Source of the DNA: Pseudogymnoascus verrucosus
Lineage: Eukaryota
Length of the DNA: 64,000 nucleotides
Assembly (NCBI GenBank): GCA_001662655.1
Contig: KV460209.1
Reading direction: 5' to 3' (one strand)
The stretch's first letter is position 1, and each line of letters opens with the position of its first letter. This document shows positions 1 to 11,023 of this stretch, piece by piece. Below the pieces are notes generated by a model, which saw only the letters and a program-made list of their open reading frames with translations, did not search any database and was not told the DNA's origin. A program made the position numbers and the translations under genes.

Positions 1-136
1 TCGGAGAATATAGCTAGGCGACTGAGAATGGGAGTATCTAGCTAGGCGACTGGGAATCAGGGAATCTAGCTTAGGGACTAAGAATGGGAGTATCTAGCTA
101 GGCGACTGAGAATTAGGGAATATAGCTAGGTGACTA
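1..136. repeat. 28-bp tandem repeat, about 5 copies (truncated by the window edge), alternating A/B variants
   Basis: Units start at 13, 41, 69, 97 and 125 (GCTAGGCGACTGAGAATGGGAGTATCTA / GCTAGGCGACTGGGAATCAGGGAATCTA). Most differences between like copies are C/T or G/A. Confidence 0.85.
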
Positions 137-345
137 TAGGGTTTAAGGGCACGTTTAGAAGCTAGGCTTTGCTATGCGTGTAAATAATATTTAGGTTATT
201 AGAGACGGTCTTAGACTTCGGTCATTTTGCGTAAAACTGCCTTCATTTTAGTTTACTAGTTGTTATTAGTCTATACTCCTACTTTAGTAATTAATTAAAA
301 GCTTTTACATTTCAAATTCTAATAAATTTAAATATAACAATAGCG
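137..345. other. AT/TpA-rich, probably RIP-degraded repeat flank
   Basis: Abundant TA dinucleotides and stop codons next to the tandem repeat, then an abrupt change to normal GC at about 350. Confidence 0.45.
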
Positions 346-358
346 TTTATATGGCATG

Positions 359-1478
359 TCATATTCTATCTGCCTTGTCCGAATATACGAGCCAGTTAGC
401 CGCCACGCCTCCCCATATGATGCCTCGTGACTTACCACGATGAGAACAGCGGGAATTCCGTTTATTCCAATAACCGCTTGCGCAGGCGTTGAGGCCCTCC
501 AGGAGATAACAACCGAAAACAGTCGAACAATTGAAGCTTGGGCGCTCAGCATCTTTGCAGATACTATCTTGTAAAATCCCACACGCTGCAGACAATAGAC
601 CGTTTGCGCGTTGGCCGTTTGTGAGCGAGAACGATCCATCTGACTCGCGGGGTAGTTCTCTCTCGCTGATAAACAGGACGGCTTCGCGAATCGTAATGAG
701 TCTCCATGCCTCCGGGACTTCGATTACCAAGTGAAAACGTCTAATGATCTCAGGAACGTCCAAGTAGCGTTCATTAATCTCGAGTTGCGCTGGGGGCGAG
801 GGCATGACTGGAGGATGATCATCACGATCACTTCCAACAGATGTACGTATGGCAGCCCAACATAAATCCCCTTCGATTTATGATGGTGCTTCTGATCACC
901 ATCGAGTGCCGAGATTGAAGCTGGGGCAAGAGAGTCTTGTCCCAGCAGCAGCTTACCTTGCGCGGAATTGCCGCCATATACGACTCCATCAAGTCGTCCA
1001 CCGAGACGCGGCAGAGCGAGAACCAAAAGCTGTAGCTTATTGGATATCTCGACCTCTGCCCTTGTCGTGTTGGATCATATTTGATCACTTGGGCAAACTC
1101 CTTCAAGCCCGCGATTGCCATAAGCATACGGCGCCGGAAGAGTGCCTTGCATCTGTCATCCGACATTTGCTGGGCTGGTGCCATGTGAGAAGCTGCTGGT
1201 GGATTCGCGCCACCTTCCACAGCTATCTCGGCACCACCGCCACTGGTGGCGATCTCGTCGCTCGACGACGATGGACCAGCATCAGCTTCTCCATCATCGT
1301 CGTCACCAGAGCCTTCATCGTCGTCGGGACCGGGAATGAAATATCCATCCCTGTCGTCCCCGATGGCATCTCCGAAGGCGACCTCGTCTCCGTCGAGGAT
1401 GGCGAGTATTTCGTCTTCGTCCACCTCCTCTGCCACATCCGCAGCTCGGGAAGGATCGGTGGAGGCATCGGCTGGCAT
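359..1478 (-). CDS. Hypothetical protein with an acidic N-terminal region; split across frames, possibly a pseudogene
   Basis: ORF 828-1478 (D/E-rich, coding-like) plus downstream ORF 359-805 in another frame. There is a GTAAGC donor at 956, but I found no acceptor that joins the frames cleanly. Confidence 0.35.
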
Positions 1479-2124
1479 GGACTGACGCTGGTCATCAACC
1501 TCGTCGCCGGCGATTTGTAGATTTTAGACTTTAGTAGATTTATATATATTGATAATGTCTGTACGGAATATTCTATTTTATAAGCACTGAAAGCAAAATT
1601 ATAATGTTGAGACGCTGTGCAGCAACGCTCAATTTTCAGTTATCATAACTAGGTCAGGTGGGCACGAAGAAGATCGCAAAGCTTTTGTCTCTTTTAACAT
1701 CATCGTCAATCGCGAAGAGAACAGCAATTTATAATAAATATTGTCTATTAAGCGCCTATTTGGCATATTCTCATTCATAGACACTGAAAGCAAACCCACA
1801 ATGCCTGAGGCGCTGTGCGACCAATCACGATTTTCAGTGCCTCACTCACTGAGGTCACGTGGACAGTTCCTCACAAACGACCCCATCACCACAAATATCA
1901 TCAATCACAAAGAGAACAAACAACAAACGAATTCAGAACAAACATGGTCTATTATGATCTATGTTCTATCCATAAAAACTCAGGTTCCACCGCGCAAACC
2001 TCTATCCATCCCCCGCGGCGCGAATTCCTCCTTTCTTCCCCCATCGTAAACTTTCGCATGGCGCATGAGAAACATTTATTAAACGCCGAAAACAAACAAG
2101 ATATAAACCCATTTTGTAAACCGT

Positions 2125-5100
2125 TTACTCATCCTCATCAGTGAAGACCTCCTCGCCACGCTTGCGGCGGGCCATACGGTCCTTCTTCTTCTTGCGGAGC
2201 TCGGCGGACGAAAGCTTGGCCTTCTTCTTGGTGCTCTCGAGCTTGTTGCCTGTTTTTCAGTCAGTTATAGGTCTATAAGAGGGGGGAATTTTTGGACCTA
2301 AGGCATCGAAGCGTTCTTCTTCTTCGTCGTCTCCCTTCAAACGAGGTCCAGCTCCCTGTCCCTGCACCCAGTTGTGTCCCGAAGGAGTCATCTTACCGTC
2401 AACGACGGCCCAGACTTCCTCGGTAAGATCCTTGGTGAACTCAGCCGAGTGAGTGATGATGATAACACCACCCTCGAAGGACTTGATAGCCTTGGAAAGA
2501 GCTCCAAGGGAGTCACGATCCAGGTAGTTAGTAGGCTCATCGAGGACGATCAAATGAGGACGCTGCCACGAGCAGGCGGCGAGGACGACCTTGACACGCT
2601 GGCCACCGGAGAGACCCAGCATGCGGGAGTGAGAAACAAGCTCGGCATCGAGACCGAAGTTGGCGCAGTGCTGCTCGATCTCCTTGCGGACCAGAGGGCG
2701 GAACTGACCGGAGGCGAGGGCCTCCTTCTGATCGACCTCGGCGACCATCTTTTGATGGGAGGCGAGAATCTCGGTACGCGGGATCCAGGCGTTGTCGGCG
2801 GTCATCATGGGAACCCAGCGCTCGTTCTTGAGGCCAATGTTCTCACCAAGAGCGAACGAACACTCGTACTCGTAGGAGTTCTTGAACTTGCGGCGGGAGT
2901 GGATGCCGATGACGCGACGGAGGGTACCCTCGATGCGGTAAGCCTTGTCCATGGCCTTCTCATCCTCGTCGGTGACGATCTTGTTGGCACGATCCATAGT
3001 CTCGCGATCCTCACCAGTCTGGAAACGCCATTGGATGTACTCAGATGGGGTCTTCTCGAGGTGGTGATCGATATGGGCGAAAGCGTGCTGCTTAATGTAG
3101 GCGATACGGATGTTCTCGTGGGTGTAGACGTCACCGATGGTTGGGATCAGCTCACCAGTGAGGACGTTGATGAGAGTAGACTTTCCGGCACCGTTGGGGC
3201 CAATGACGGCAATACGGGAGCCGAGCGAGCACTGGAAGGAGATGTCGGTGATCTGGGGCTTGGGGGTACCCTCGTACTGGAAGCTCATCTTGTTGACACG
3301 AACAATGGCCTTGGCCTTGGTCTTGACACCCTCAAGGAAACCGGGCTCAGGGAACTTGAACTCGATCTCGGAGGCGCCGAGCTCGTAGTAGGACTTGGCG
3401 GATGGGCACTTCTTGACGAACTCCTTGAGGTTACCGCGGTAACGCTTAAGCTTGTAACGCTCGTAGTGGATGATGTGCTGGCAGACGTTGTCCAGGAACT
3501 TGGAGTCGTGGGACACGATGATGGATGTGCAGGGGGAGTTCTGCAGGTAATCCTCGAGCCACTTGACGTTCTTGACATCCAAATGGTTGGTAGGCTCATC
3601 GAGCAACAGAATATCAGGGTCCTCGAAAACGGCACGGGCAAGAGCCAGCTTCATCTTCCATCCTCCGGAGAGGGCGGTGATCATACCGCTGGTCATGTCG
3701 CTAGTGAAGCCGAACTCGGCCAACTGCTTCTCGACATCCTCCTGGGAGGTCTCGACACCAACCTCGGCCAACTTCTTCATGGTCCAGGCAATGGTGGTCT
3801 GCTCGGTATCGGCAGAGTCAAGGTCGTGCTCGACGAACACGGTCTTGACCTCGCTCTTCTTGGGGAAACCCTCGACCTGCTCGTTGTTGATGGCGCGCAT
3901 GAGAGTGGACTTTCCGGAACCGTTAGGTCCGCAAAGACCGTAACGCTGGCCACGCTTCAGGCGGAGATGGGTCTGGTTGAGCAGGATCTTGGCACCGTAG
4001 GCCAAGTTGAAGGTGCAGTTGCACAGATCCTCACCCTCCTCATCGTCAGCCTCAGCGGCATCCTCGGCCTCGGCACCTGGGGAGGCACGGCGGCGGAGCT
4101 CGTCAACGATATCCTGGGCATCAGTCTCGCCAACGATGGCAACGACGTATGGCTTGATAGCGCTGGTCCAGTTGTGGGTATCGGCATCCTTCTCGTCGAT
4201 CAGCTGACCGGCAAGGGACGCGATGTAGTAGAGGGATGGCTCGAACTTGGCAACGGCATCCTTGTGCTTGGTAGCAACGATCTGCTTGAGGATGGCAAGG
4301 ACGGTGGGGATGGAACCAGCGTGGGATGGCTCCGGGATCTTGCCATCGACGACGGCACCGACACGGGTAAGGGTGTCAAGACCCTGCTTGGTCTTCTCAC
4401 GGGCCTCGGGGTCAGCCAAGTTCTCGTAGTTCTTGGTGAGACCAGGCATCAGCTTTGGCAAGAAAGCGGCGACAATGTTGGGGTCCTCGACAAGCTTGCA
4501 CATGTTATCGACGATAACGGCGGATTTACGCTTGATGGCGGTCTCACGCTCGGCAAGACCACGATCCAGGAGGGGAACCATGATGGCGAGGGTTGGCTCG
4601 TGGACATCAGTGACGAAGGTGGTGGCACCGAGCAAGTGAATGGTCTCTGGGACGTTCTCTGGCTTGGCGATACACTTGATGAGCTCGGGAATGAAGCGGT
4701 CGATATCCTTGTTGACGATAAGACCGCAGACCTTCTCCATGGTGCCGTAGGCCATCTTCTTGACCTCAGGCTTGGTGTCCCACATCGACTCAGAGACGAC
4801 TGGGATCAGGTCTGGGACGCGGAGAGCGAGCTGTGATGCCGAGGTCTCGACGAGAGCCTCGATACAGGTCAGACCTGTGATCTTCTCCTGCCATTTCTGG
4901 GCGGTGAGGATGGAGTTGATGATGGGAGGGAGGAGAGCCTTCACGGCGTTGGCGTTGACACCCTTGACGATGGCAAGAGCAGCAGCGTTGGCGGCGGTCT
5001 TGACAGCGGGGGTCTTGTCACCGACAGCGGCGAGGACAGATGGCAGTAGAACGATGAGGTATGGCTCAACGCTGGCGGCGATCTGGGAGTGCTCGGCGAT

Positions 5101-5578
5101 GGCCTGGATGGCGTTCAGGCCACGCTCACGGGCGGCAGCATCCTTCTTGTTGTTGAGCTGCTTCGTGATGGCATCGACGGCCCTGTAGAAAGTTGTTGTT
5201 AGTAAAGTATCCTTGAAATGAGGCAAAATTAAAGTGTGAAAAATTCTTCTGATTGCGCCCGTGGGGTTATTTTGTTAACCCCACCAAGAGCAGCCCGATA
5301 AAGGGATTATCTCTCGAGGCGAGGCAACACAAGGAAAGAAGTTTTTGTAAAATATTCGAGATCGGGATCCAGAGGAGGGCTTTTGCAACTTACTTGGTAG
5401 GGGCGTCTTGCTCCTCAATAGGGCCGTTGATGAATGTGGCAATGTTGTTGGTGGCAGCGTTGACCTCGTCTTGCGACTTGGACACGCTCAACTTTGCCAT
5501 CAGGTCATCAAGAACCTTGATGGACTGTGCATTCTCCTTCTTGATGTTTGAGGAATCCATGGCTTGGACGGATGGCAT
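2125..5578 (-). CDS. YEF3: Translation elongation factor 3 (fungal ABC-F ATPase)
   Basis: HEAT region and two ABC cassettes ([50 protein letters not shown]) with a chromo-like insert. Exons 5578-5394, 5182-2298 and 2249-2125; the last encodes the basic tail [25 protein letters not shown]. Confidence 0.97.
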
Positions 5579-8187
5579 GGTGATGGAAGGAAGAGGGAGA
5601 ATCGAAAGGAGGGGAGAGAGGGAGAGGTGTTTTGAAGGAGGGGGGGGGAATTGTTTTTTGTGGGTATCGAAAGAATTTCTTTAGCGCGAAAACGCCAGGC
5701 GGCGTTGGCTCGGTATCGTAAGTGTCCCTAAGACTTCCTAGTGGGAGCTAATCGGGCGAATGCGATTCGACGGCTGGGGGCGAATTCGTGGTGGTTTGAT
5801 GTTTCGGAGTATGAGGAGTATGTGTTCTTTCTAGACTTCTTGTCTATTTCTTGTCTATTTCTTCTCTTTTCTGGTGGCTAAGAAATGAAGAGAAAATGCT
5901 GAGTGTGGCGAGATTATTCGTGGGGTATTGATCGTATCGTTATCGTATCGTCTTCTATAACCGCGACTCTAACGAAGGAGAACCGGAGGGAGGAGCAAAA
6001 AGCACGAAAGGCGTAGTATAGAGTGGAGAGGGGTAAGAAAGAGAGAGATAGGAAAGGAGGATCAAAAGCTAGTGGGGTATGGGATTATATGTTCAGTATT
6101 TATTTACAAACAGGCCAGCCACCTACTACTACTACCACACCACTTTTTCCACGCCGGTGCGGCGAACATTTTTTTTTTTTAAAAGCGAGATGTGGTGTGT
6201 CGTTCGCCGCATGAAAAATCTTATATTAGTAACGGCACGCTATTGGGCAAAGTATATTTTTTGCCCTGGCTTGACACAGCCCGGCGTAGTAGTGCAGGCG
6301 GTAGAGTGTGGTAGAGTTGTACAGGTTCCTGATACTCGACTATACTTGGGGTTTGTGAGGCGGTCCTCACATGTTTCCACACATCGAACTTGTATCACAA
6401 TACTCCTACCATGGAGGGCGGCGACATTCTATTGGCTCAACGTCCCTCACCGCCTCCACAAGAGTGATGGCTTGGTTTGTGGCAAAAGTGCGGTAGTATG
6501 CATTATACAACCACTGTACTTTCAAGCCTCGGAATCGAACTTTTCCACTATTTTTCGCTTCCCAAGTCTGCCGCCCTATCATTTCTCATATCTGGGGAAC
6601 GTTCTCGTAGGGTCTTGATGCTATCAAATAGAGTCTAGCAGCGATTATTCTACAATAACAGCAAGGGAAAACACGAGTAATTGCACCACGCCTTCCCCGA
6701 TCCTACTTCCGGCTCTTACTGAAAAGTATCTCCCGAAAAGAAAACAAGACCGCTACATCCCGGGATTATCTTTCCCTTCCCTTCCCACCGCCTCACAGAT
6801 ACATATTCTCCGTTAAACAACGGTACTCTACATCATGCATCTCGGCCTCCCCAAGCCACTCACCGCCTTCCATCCCAGCTCATCCTCTCACGCACCCGTC
6901 AGATTTACAAGGCCGCCAAAATAAAATATCTGACAGCCCTCCTCAATACCATACCACAGCAGACAAGACAACCATAAGCCGGCAACCCCAGGCAGCCCCA
7001 ACAACATCACACAAAACACAACCTCATGCACCCTCCCACGAGCTGAAAAAACACAAACCCCCTTCCACCCTCACACAACCGCCATGAACCCATAAGCCCA
7101 TCAACCCTGCCCAGCCCATTCCATCCCCCTCAGCCCTCCAACAAGTGAACCCCTGCTCCCAGTAACCCCCCACCCCCTCCAAAATCCACTCTCCTCCCTC
7201 GCTTCTCAAAAGCACTGTCCATACATCGCCCCATCCATCGATCGCTCCTACCCCAGATTTTCCCACGCCTTCTGCTTGCCCGGTGGCGCGCGCGTGAGAT
7301 CGATATCGATAAGGGGGTCTCGGCGGCGTGGGATCCACTAAAGAAGCTTCCGTTTGGTGGTGCGTTGAGATGGGAAAGTGGGTGGCGAGGGGATGTGTGG
7401 AAGGGGATCACGTGATTGTCTCGTGACTTTGAGGTCTTCGGCTTCTTCTTTTGGGTGAGCTTTCTTCGCTTCGCTGGGAGGGGAGAAGGGGGAGGGGATC
7501 GAAAGGAGGGGGTTGGGGGAGGAGGAAGAGCAGCGACGTCTTTCATGTCCTTGTTTTTGGCTTGTGGCATGGCAGCTCTCTGAGTACGCGGCGCTTCTTC
7601 AGTTATCATCCAAAAGAGCTCCTGGCACAGAAAGACAGCTTCGCGTCGTTGTTCCGCGGAGCAAAGACGAAGATCGGGGAGAGGAAGGATACTGCCCCTG
7701 GCCGCGACAGAGGCACTGGAGGAGGCCAAGACGCACCCATGCCAGACGAGGTCTGGGTGGCTGCCACTTAGGGAGTGACAGCAAGACTTGATCGGTAGCA
7801 AAACCCAAGCGACAGTGAGAGTTAAGTGACAGGAAGACTAAAGCGACAACTATGGGCCTATGTGGCTTGTCTAGAGTGGGTGCTTCTCCTTCTTCCTCTC
7901 ATTCTCATTCTTCCTCTCAATCTCCTTGTTCCTCTTTCTAATGCCCATTGGACGGCTGTACTGTGCCGACCAAGGGGCCCTTGGGCGGTACATCCATACA
8001 TAAGCACAAGATTATGCTTTGTGATATCCTGTTTCAAATTTGGGTTGTAGCGCCTCCGTGGGATTACATGGCTGGTTATTTATTTGAGGAGAAATTAGAT
8101 ACATTATTGTCATTATTTTGTAAGTTATCATTACACTCCCCCCTTCCCTTAATGTGACTCTCTCACTCCGCCTCGTCTCTTCACAAC

Positions 8188-9438
8188 TCAGATGAAATCA
8201 TTATTCCCAAACCCCCCAAACGGATTAGGCGGCCTCCCATTCCCCCCAAACCCTCCCTGATGACCCCCTCCACCAGGGAACCCCCCACCTCCCCTCCCCC
8301 TCCCCATCCTATCCCTCGGCCCCTCCCCAGGCCCAATAGGATCCCACCTCGCCCCCTCCGGCGCCTGGGGATCAAACCCACCTCCCTCTCCACTTCCCCT
8401 CCTCCCCGCAAACAGCGGGTCATCAAACGTCGGATGCATCCCTCCGAAACCTCCCGGCCTTCCCCCAGGGATAAAACTGCCCCGGAGCGGATCATGCGGT
8501 CCCAGTCCCGGGGGATTCAAATCATCCCCACCGATCCCATATGGACTCCTACCACCGCCAGGGAACGCGGCACCCATCCCTCTCGGCGGGCGCTGGAGCT
8601 CATACTCATCCTCGAACCCTGGTGGTGGGAAGTCGGGAACCGGACCCCGAGGCGGCGGATTAAGGGGGTCGCGAAGCGGGAAGGGGTAAGGGCGCGCGGG
8701 CTCGGGAAGACCGGGGTCCGCGAGCGGGTCCTCGCGAGGGTTGCGCCGCGCATAAGCCTCTTCCCTGTCATCCTGTGCCTGCTGGCGTGCTGCGGTGTCC
8801 TCGTAGCCTTCTTTGTTCAGACCGGGGATGAGCTTCTGGATGACTGTTGTTTTGAAGAGGGAGGCAAGGTCTTTGATGCGGGACTCGGAGATGAAGATAT
8901 CTTTAAGTTTGCGGGGGAGGTCGTCGCGATCTTCGATGCCTGCGGCGGTGAAGGGGATGCGCAGCGGGAGCGCGGAGGAGGAGATGTAGTCTTTGGCTAC
9001 GATTTCGAAGCGAGTGATGCGCTCGTCGCCGAGGCCGAGGCCACGGATCTCGGCTTTTCCGCCGAGTCGGTCGACTTTGATGATGTATTGGAGGGAGGAT
9101 TGGGAGTGGGCGTAGAGGAAGGAGTAGGAGCCGTAGGAGTCGTTCCACCGTGGTGAGAGGCGCGGGGCGACGGCTGCGAGCTCGGATTCTGAGAAGGTGG
9201 CAGTTAGCATGATGCTATAGTTTGAGATGATGGAAGGAAGAGCTTGCTTACCTATTTTTTGGCCTTCTGAGAAGCCGAGAATGCGGAAGCCTACGGCTGT
9301 CATGCAAGCGTGGGCGAAGAGTGCGATGGCCTCATATGAGGAGCTGAGGTCTGAAGATGTATCTCCCTGCTCATGTATTGGAAGGGCCTCGGCCATATGG
9401 CCGATGACGCTTTCGACGCTCAAGGGATCCGATGCCAT
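8188..9438 (-). CDS. Proteasome inhibitor/regulator PI31 (Fub1/PSMF1 family)
   Basis: N-terminal FP-type domain (AIALFAHACMTAVGF) and a Pro/Gly-rich tail with GMHPTFDDPLF and PEGARWDPIGP, ending NNDFI. 63-nt intron at 9189-9251. Confidence 0.9.
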   Translation of the reverse strand: MASDPLSVESVIGHMAEALPIHEQGDTSSDLSSSYEAIALFAHACMTAVGFRILGFSEGQKIGKQALPSIISNYSIMLTATFSESELAAVAPRLSPRWNDSYGSYSFLYAHSQSSLQYIIKVDRLGGKAEIRGLGLGDERITRFEIVAKDYISSSALPLRIPFTAAGIEDRDDLPRKLKDIFISESRIKDLASLFKTTVIQKLIPGLNKEGYEDTAARQQAQDDREEAYARRNPREDPLADPGLPEPARPYPFPLRDPLNPPPRGPVPDFPPPGFEDEYELQRPPRGMGAAFPGGGRSPYGIGGDDLNPPGLGPHDPLRGSFIPGGRPGGFGGMHPTFDDPLFAGRRGSGEGGGFDPQAPEGARWDPIGPGEGPRDRMGRGRGGGGFPGGGGHQGGFGGNGRPPNPFGGFGNNDFI

Positions 9439-9901
9439 GGTGGCGGATTATATGGTTGTCGAGCCGTATAAACGTTGCAAGCTGATGTTGACGTTGTAGT
9501 GATGCGGAGAGTGGAAGTGACGTTGAAGGGGCGTTGAAATATGTCGAAGCAGTTGTTTGCAGATATGATTTCTCAAGGCGTACCATCGACCAGCGAAATA
9601 TCTCTAGAGTTGGCTAAGAGTTAAGGTTTTAAAGTATGTTTTGGGCAGCTCAGGTTCAGTGACTGGGTTATGGGTTGATGACGATGAGGCGGCAAGAGCT
9701 GCCTGGGGCTGATAGCGGGGTAGATTTTATCTTATCTAGAGCTCCCCGATATTGGCACGAAACCCAATCCTGATGGGTATTCATGATTCACGATAAATAC
9801 TCAATTCCACGTCGCCAATGTTTCAGATTGCTTTATCTAATATTCTAGTGTTATGTAACAATTATTCAGCCTCATTTACAATCCAACTTCACAACCGTCA
9901 T

Positions 9902-11023
9902 TTAAGTCTTCCTGTGCATCACGCCCGCGCTGGCCTATAAAAATTATCAGTACAAAGGTCTACCAATATTATAAAGGTGTCTTACCTGATGGCTGGGGAA
10001 AACTAATGTATCCGCAACTACTACATTCTCTCGGCGACCGGCAGCGAAGACGATAATCTCGGCGATGTCCTCGGGGGTCAATGGCTCGCAGCCGCTATAC
10101 ATTCTCAGAATCTTGCTTTTTCTGTAGGTTGAGGCAGACTTACGCGTAAACAGCATCAGCCTTCGACTTATCACCATAGAACCTGACAACGGAGAAGTTC
10201 TATAATCAGTCAGTAAGTCTGTGGTCCATTGTGGAGATAGGATGGCATACGGTCTCGACCTGTCCGGGGTCAACCGAGATAACCCTGATCCTCGTAGCAA
10301 CCAGTTCCTTCCTCAAAGCATCCGTAAATGACTTCACGGCCGCCTTTGTAGAGCAGTAAATGCTACCTCCCGCGTATGGTTCCCGGCCAGCGATGCTGCC
10401 AATGTTGATAATATCACCCTTGCCTCCCTCCGCGCGCTTCTTGAAGATCGGTAGCACGGCCTGCGTCATGTTGATGAGTCCCGTGACATTGGTCGCAAAC
10501 ATGACATTGAGGTCTTCTTCCTCAATGGACGGCGCCTGTGCTACACCCTTCACCAGTCCGCTATAGCGTCGTTAGCAATGTCCGCAGATCAGCCGGGGGT
10601 CACAAACGCGTTGTTGACTAGTACGTCAATCTCCCTGAACTCCTCCGGCAGCCGCTCCACAAATGTCTTCACCTCTTCCGGTTGGCTAACATCCAGCTTG
10701 AAGGGCAGAACCTTGACGCCATCTCCGACCTCCTTCTTGATTTCTGCTGCGACCTCCTCAAGCGTCTCGAGCCGACGGGCTGTCAGCACGAGCTTCAAGT
10801 CCTTGGGCGCCGTCCTTGCGAACTCAATCGCGGTTGAGCGGCCGATGCCGGAGGAGGCGCCAGTGATGACAATGGTCTTGCCCGTTAGGCGACCTGACAT
10901 GGCCGAGGCAGACATAGCGCGTAGGAGTGTCGGAGTGATAAAGTTTGGTTGTAGAGCACTGGAGACAGGTTTGCGAAGTAGGGCGGAGCGAACGAGGGTA
11001 TTTAGGATGCGAGCTGGTGGCAT
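9902..11023 (-). CDS. NADP-dependent short-chain dehydrogenase (YdfG/YMR226C 3-hydroxy acid dehydrogenase type)
   Basis: TGASSGIG, LVNNA, NIGSIAGREPY and YCSTK motifs; several short GT-AG introns; last exon ASAGVMHRKT then TAA at 9902-9904. Confidence 0.9.

Noticed and set aside
71..118. TTAGGG hexamers at 71 and 113 suggesting a telomere
   Set aside because: Isolated, not tandem, and in the wrong orientation for a left chromosome end. The copy at 113 is explained by a C>T change of TCAGGG.
1..136. CRISPR-like appearance of the 28-bp repeat
   Set aside because: Units are directly adjacent with no unique spacers, the context is eukaryotic and there are no cas genes.
2374..4836. 820-aa ORF antisense to EF-3
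   Set aside because: Shadow ORF: strong codon bias avoiding TTA/CTA/TCA in EF-3 removes antisense stops, and the product has no motifs.
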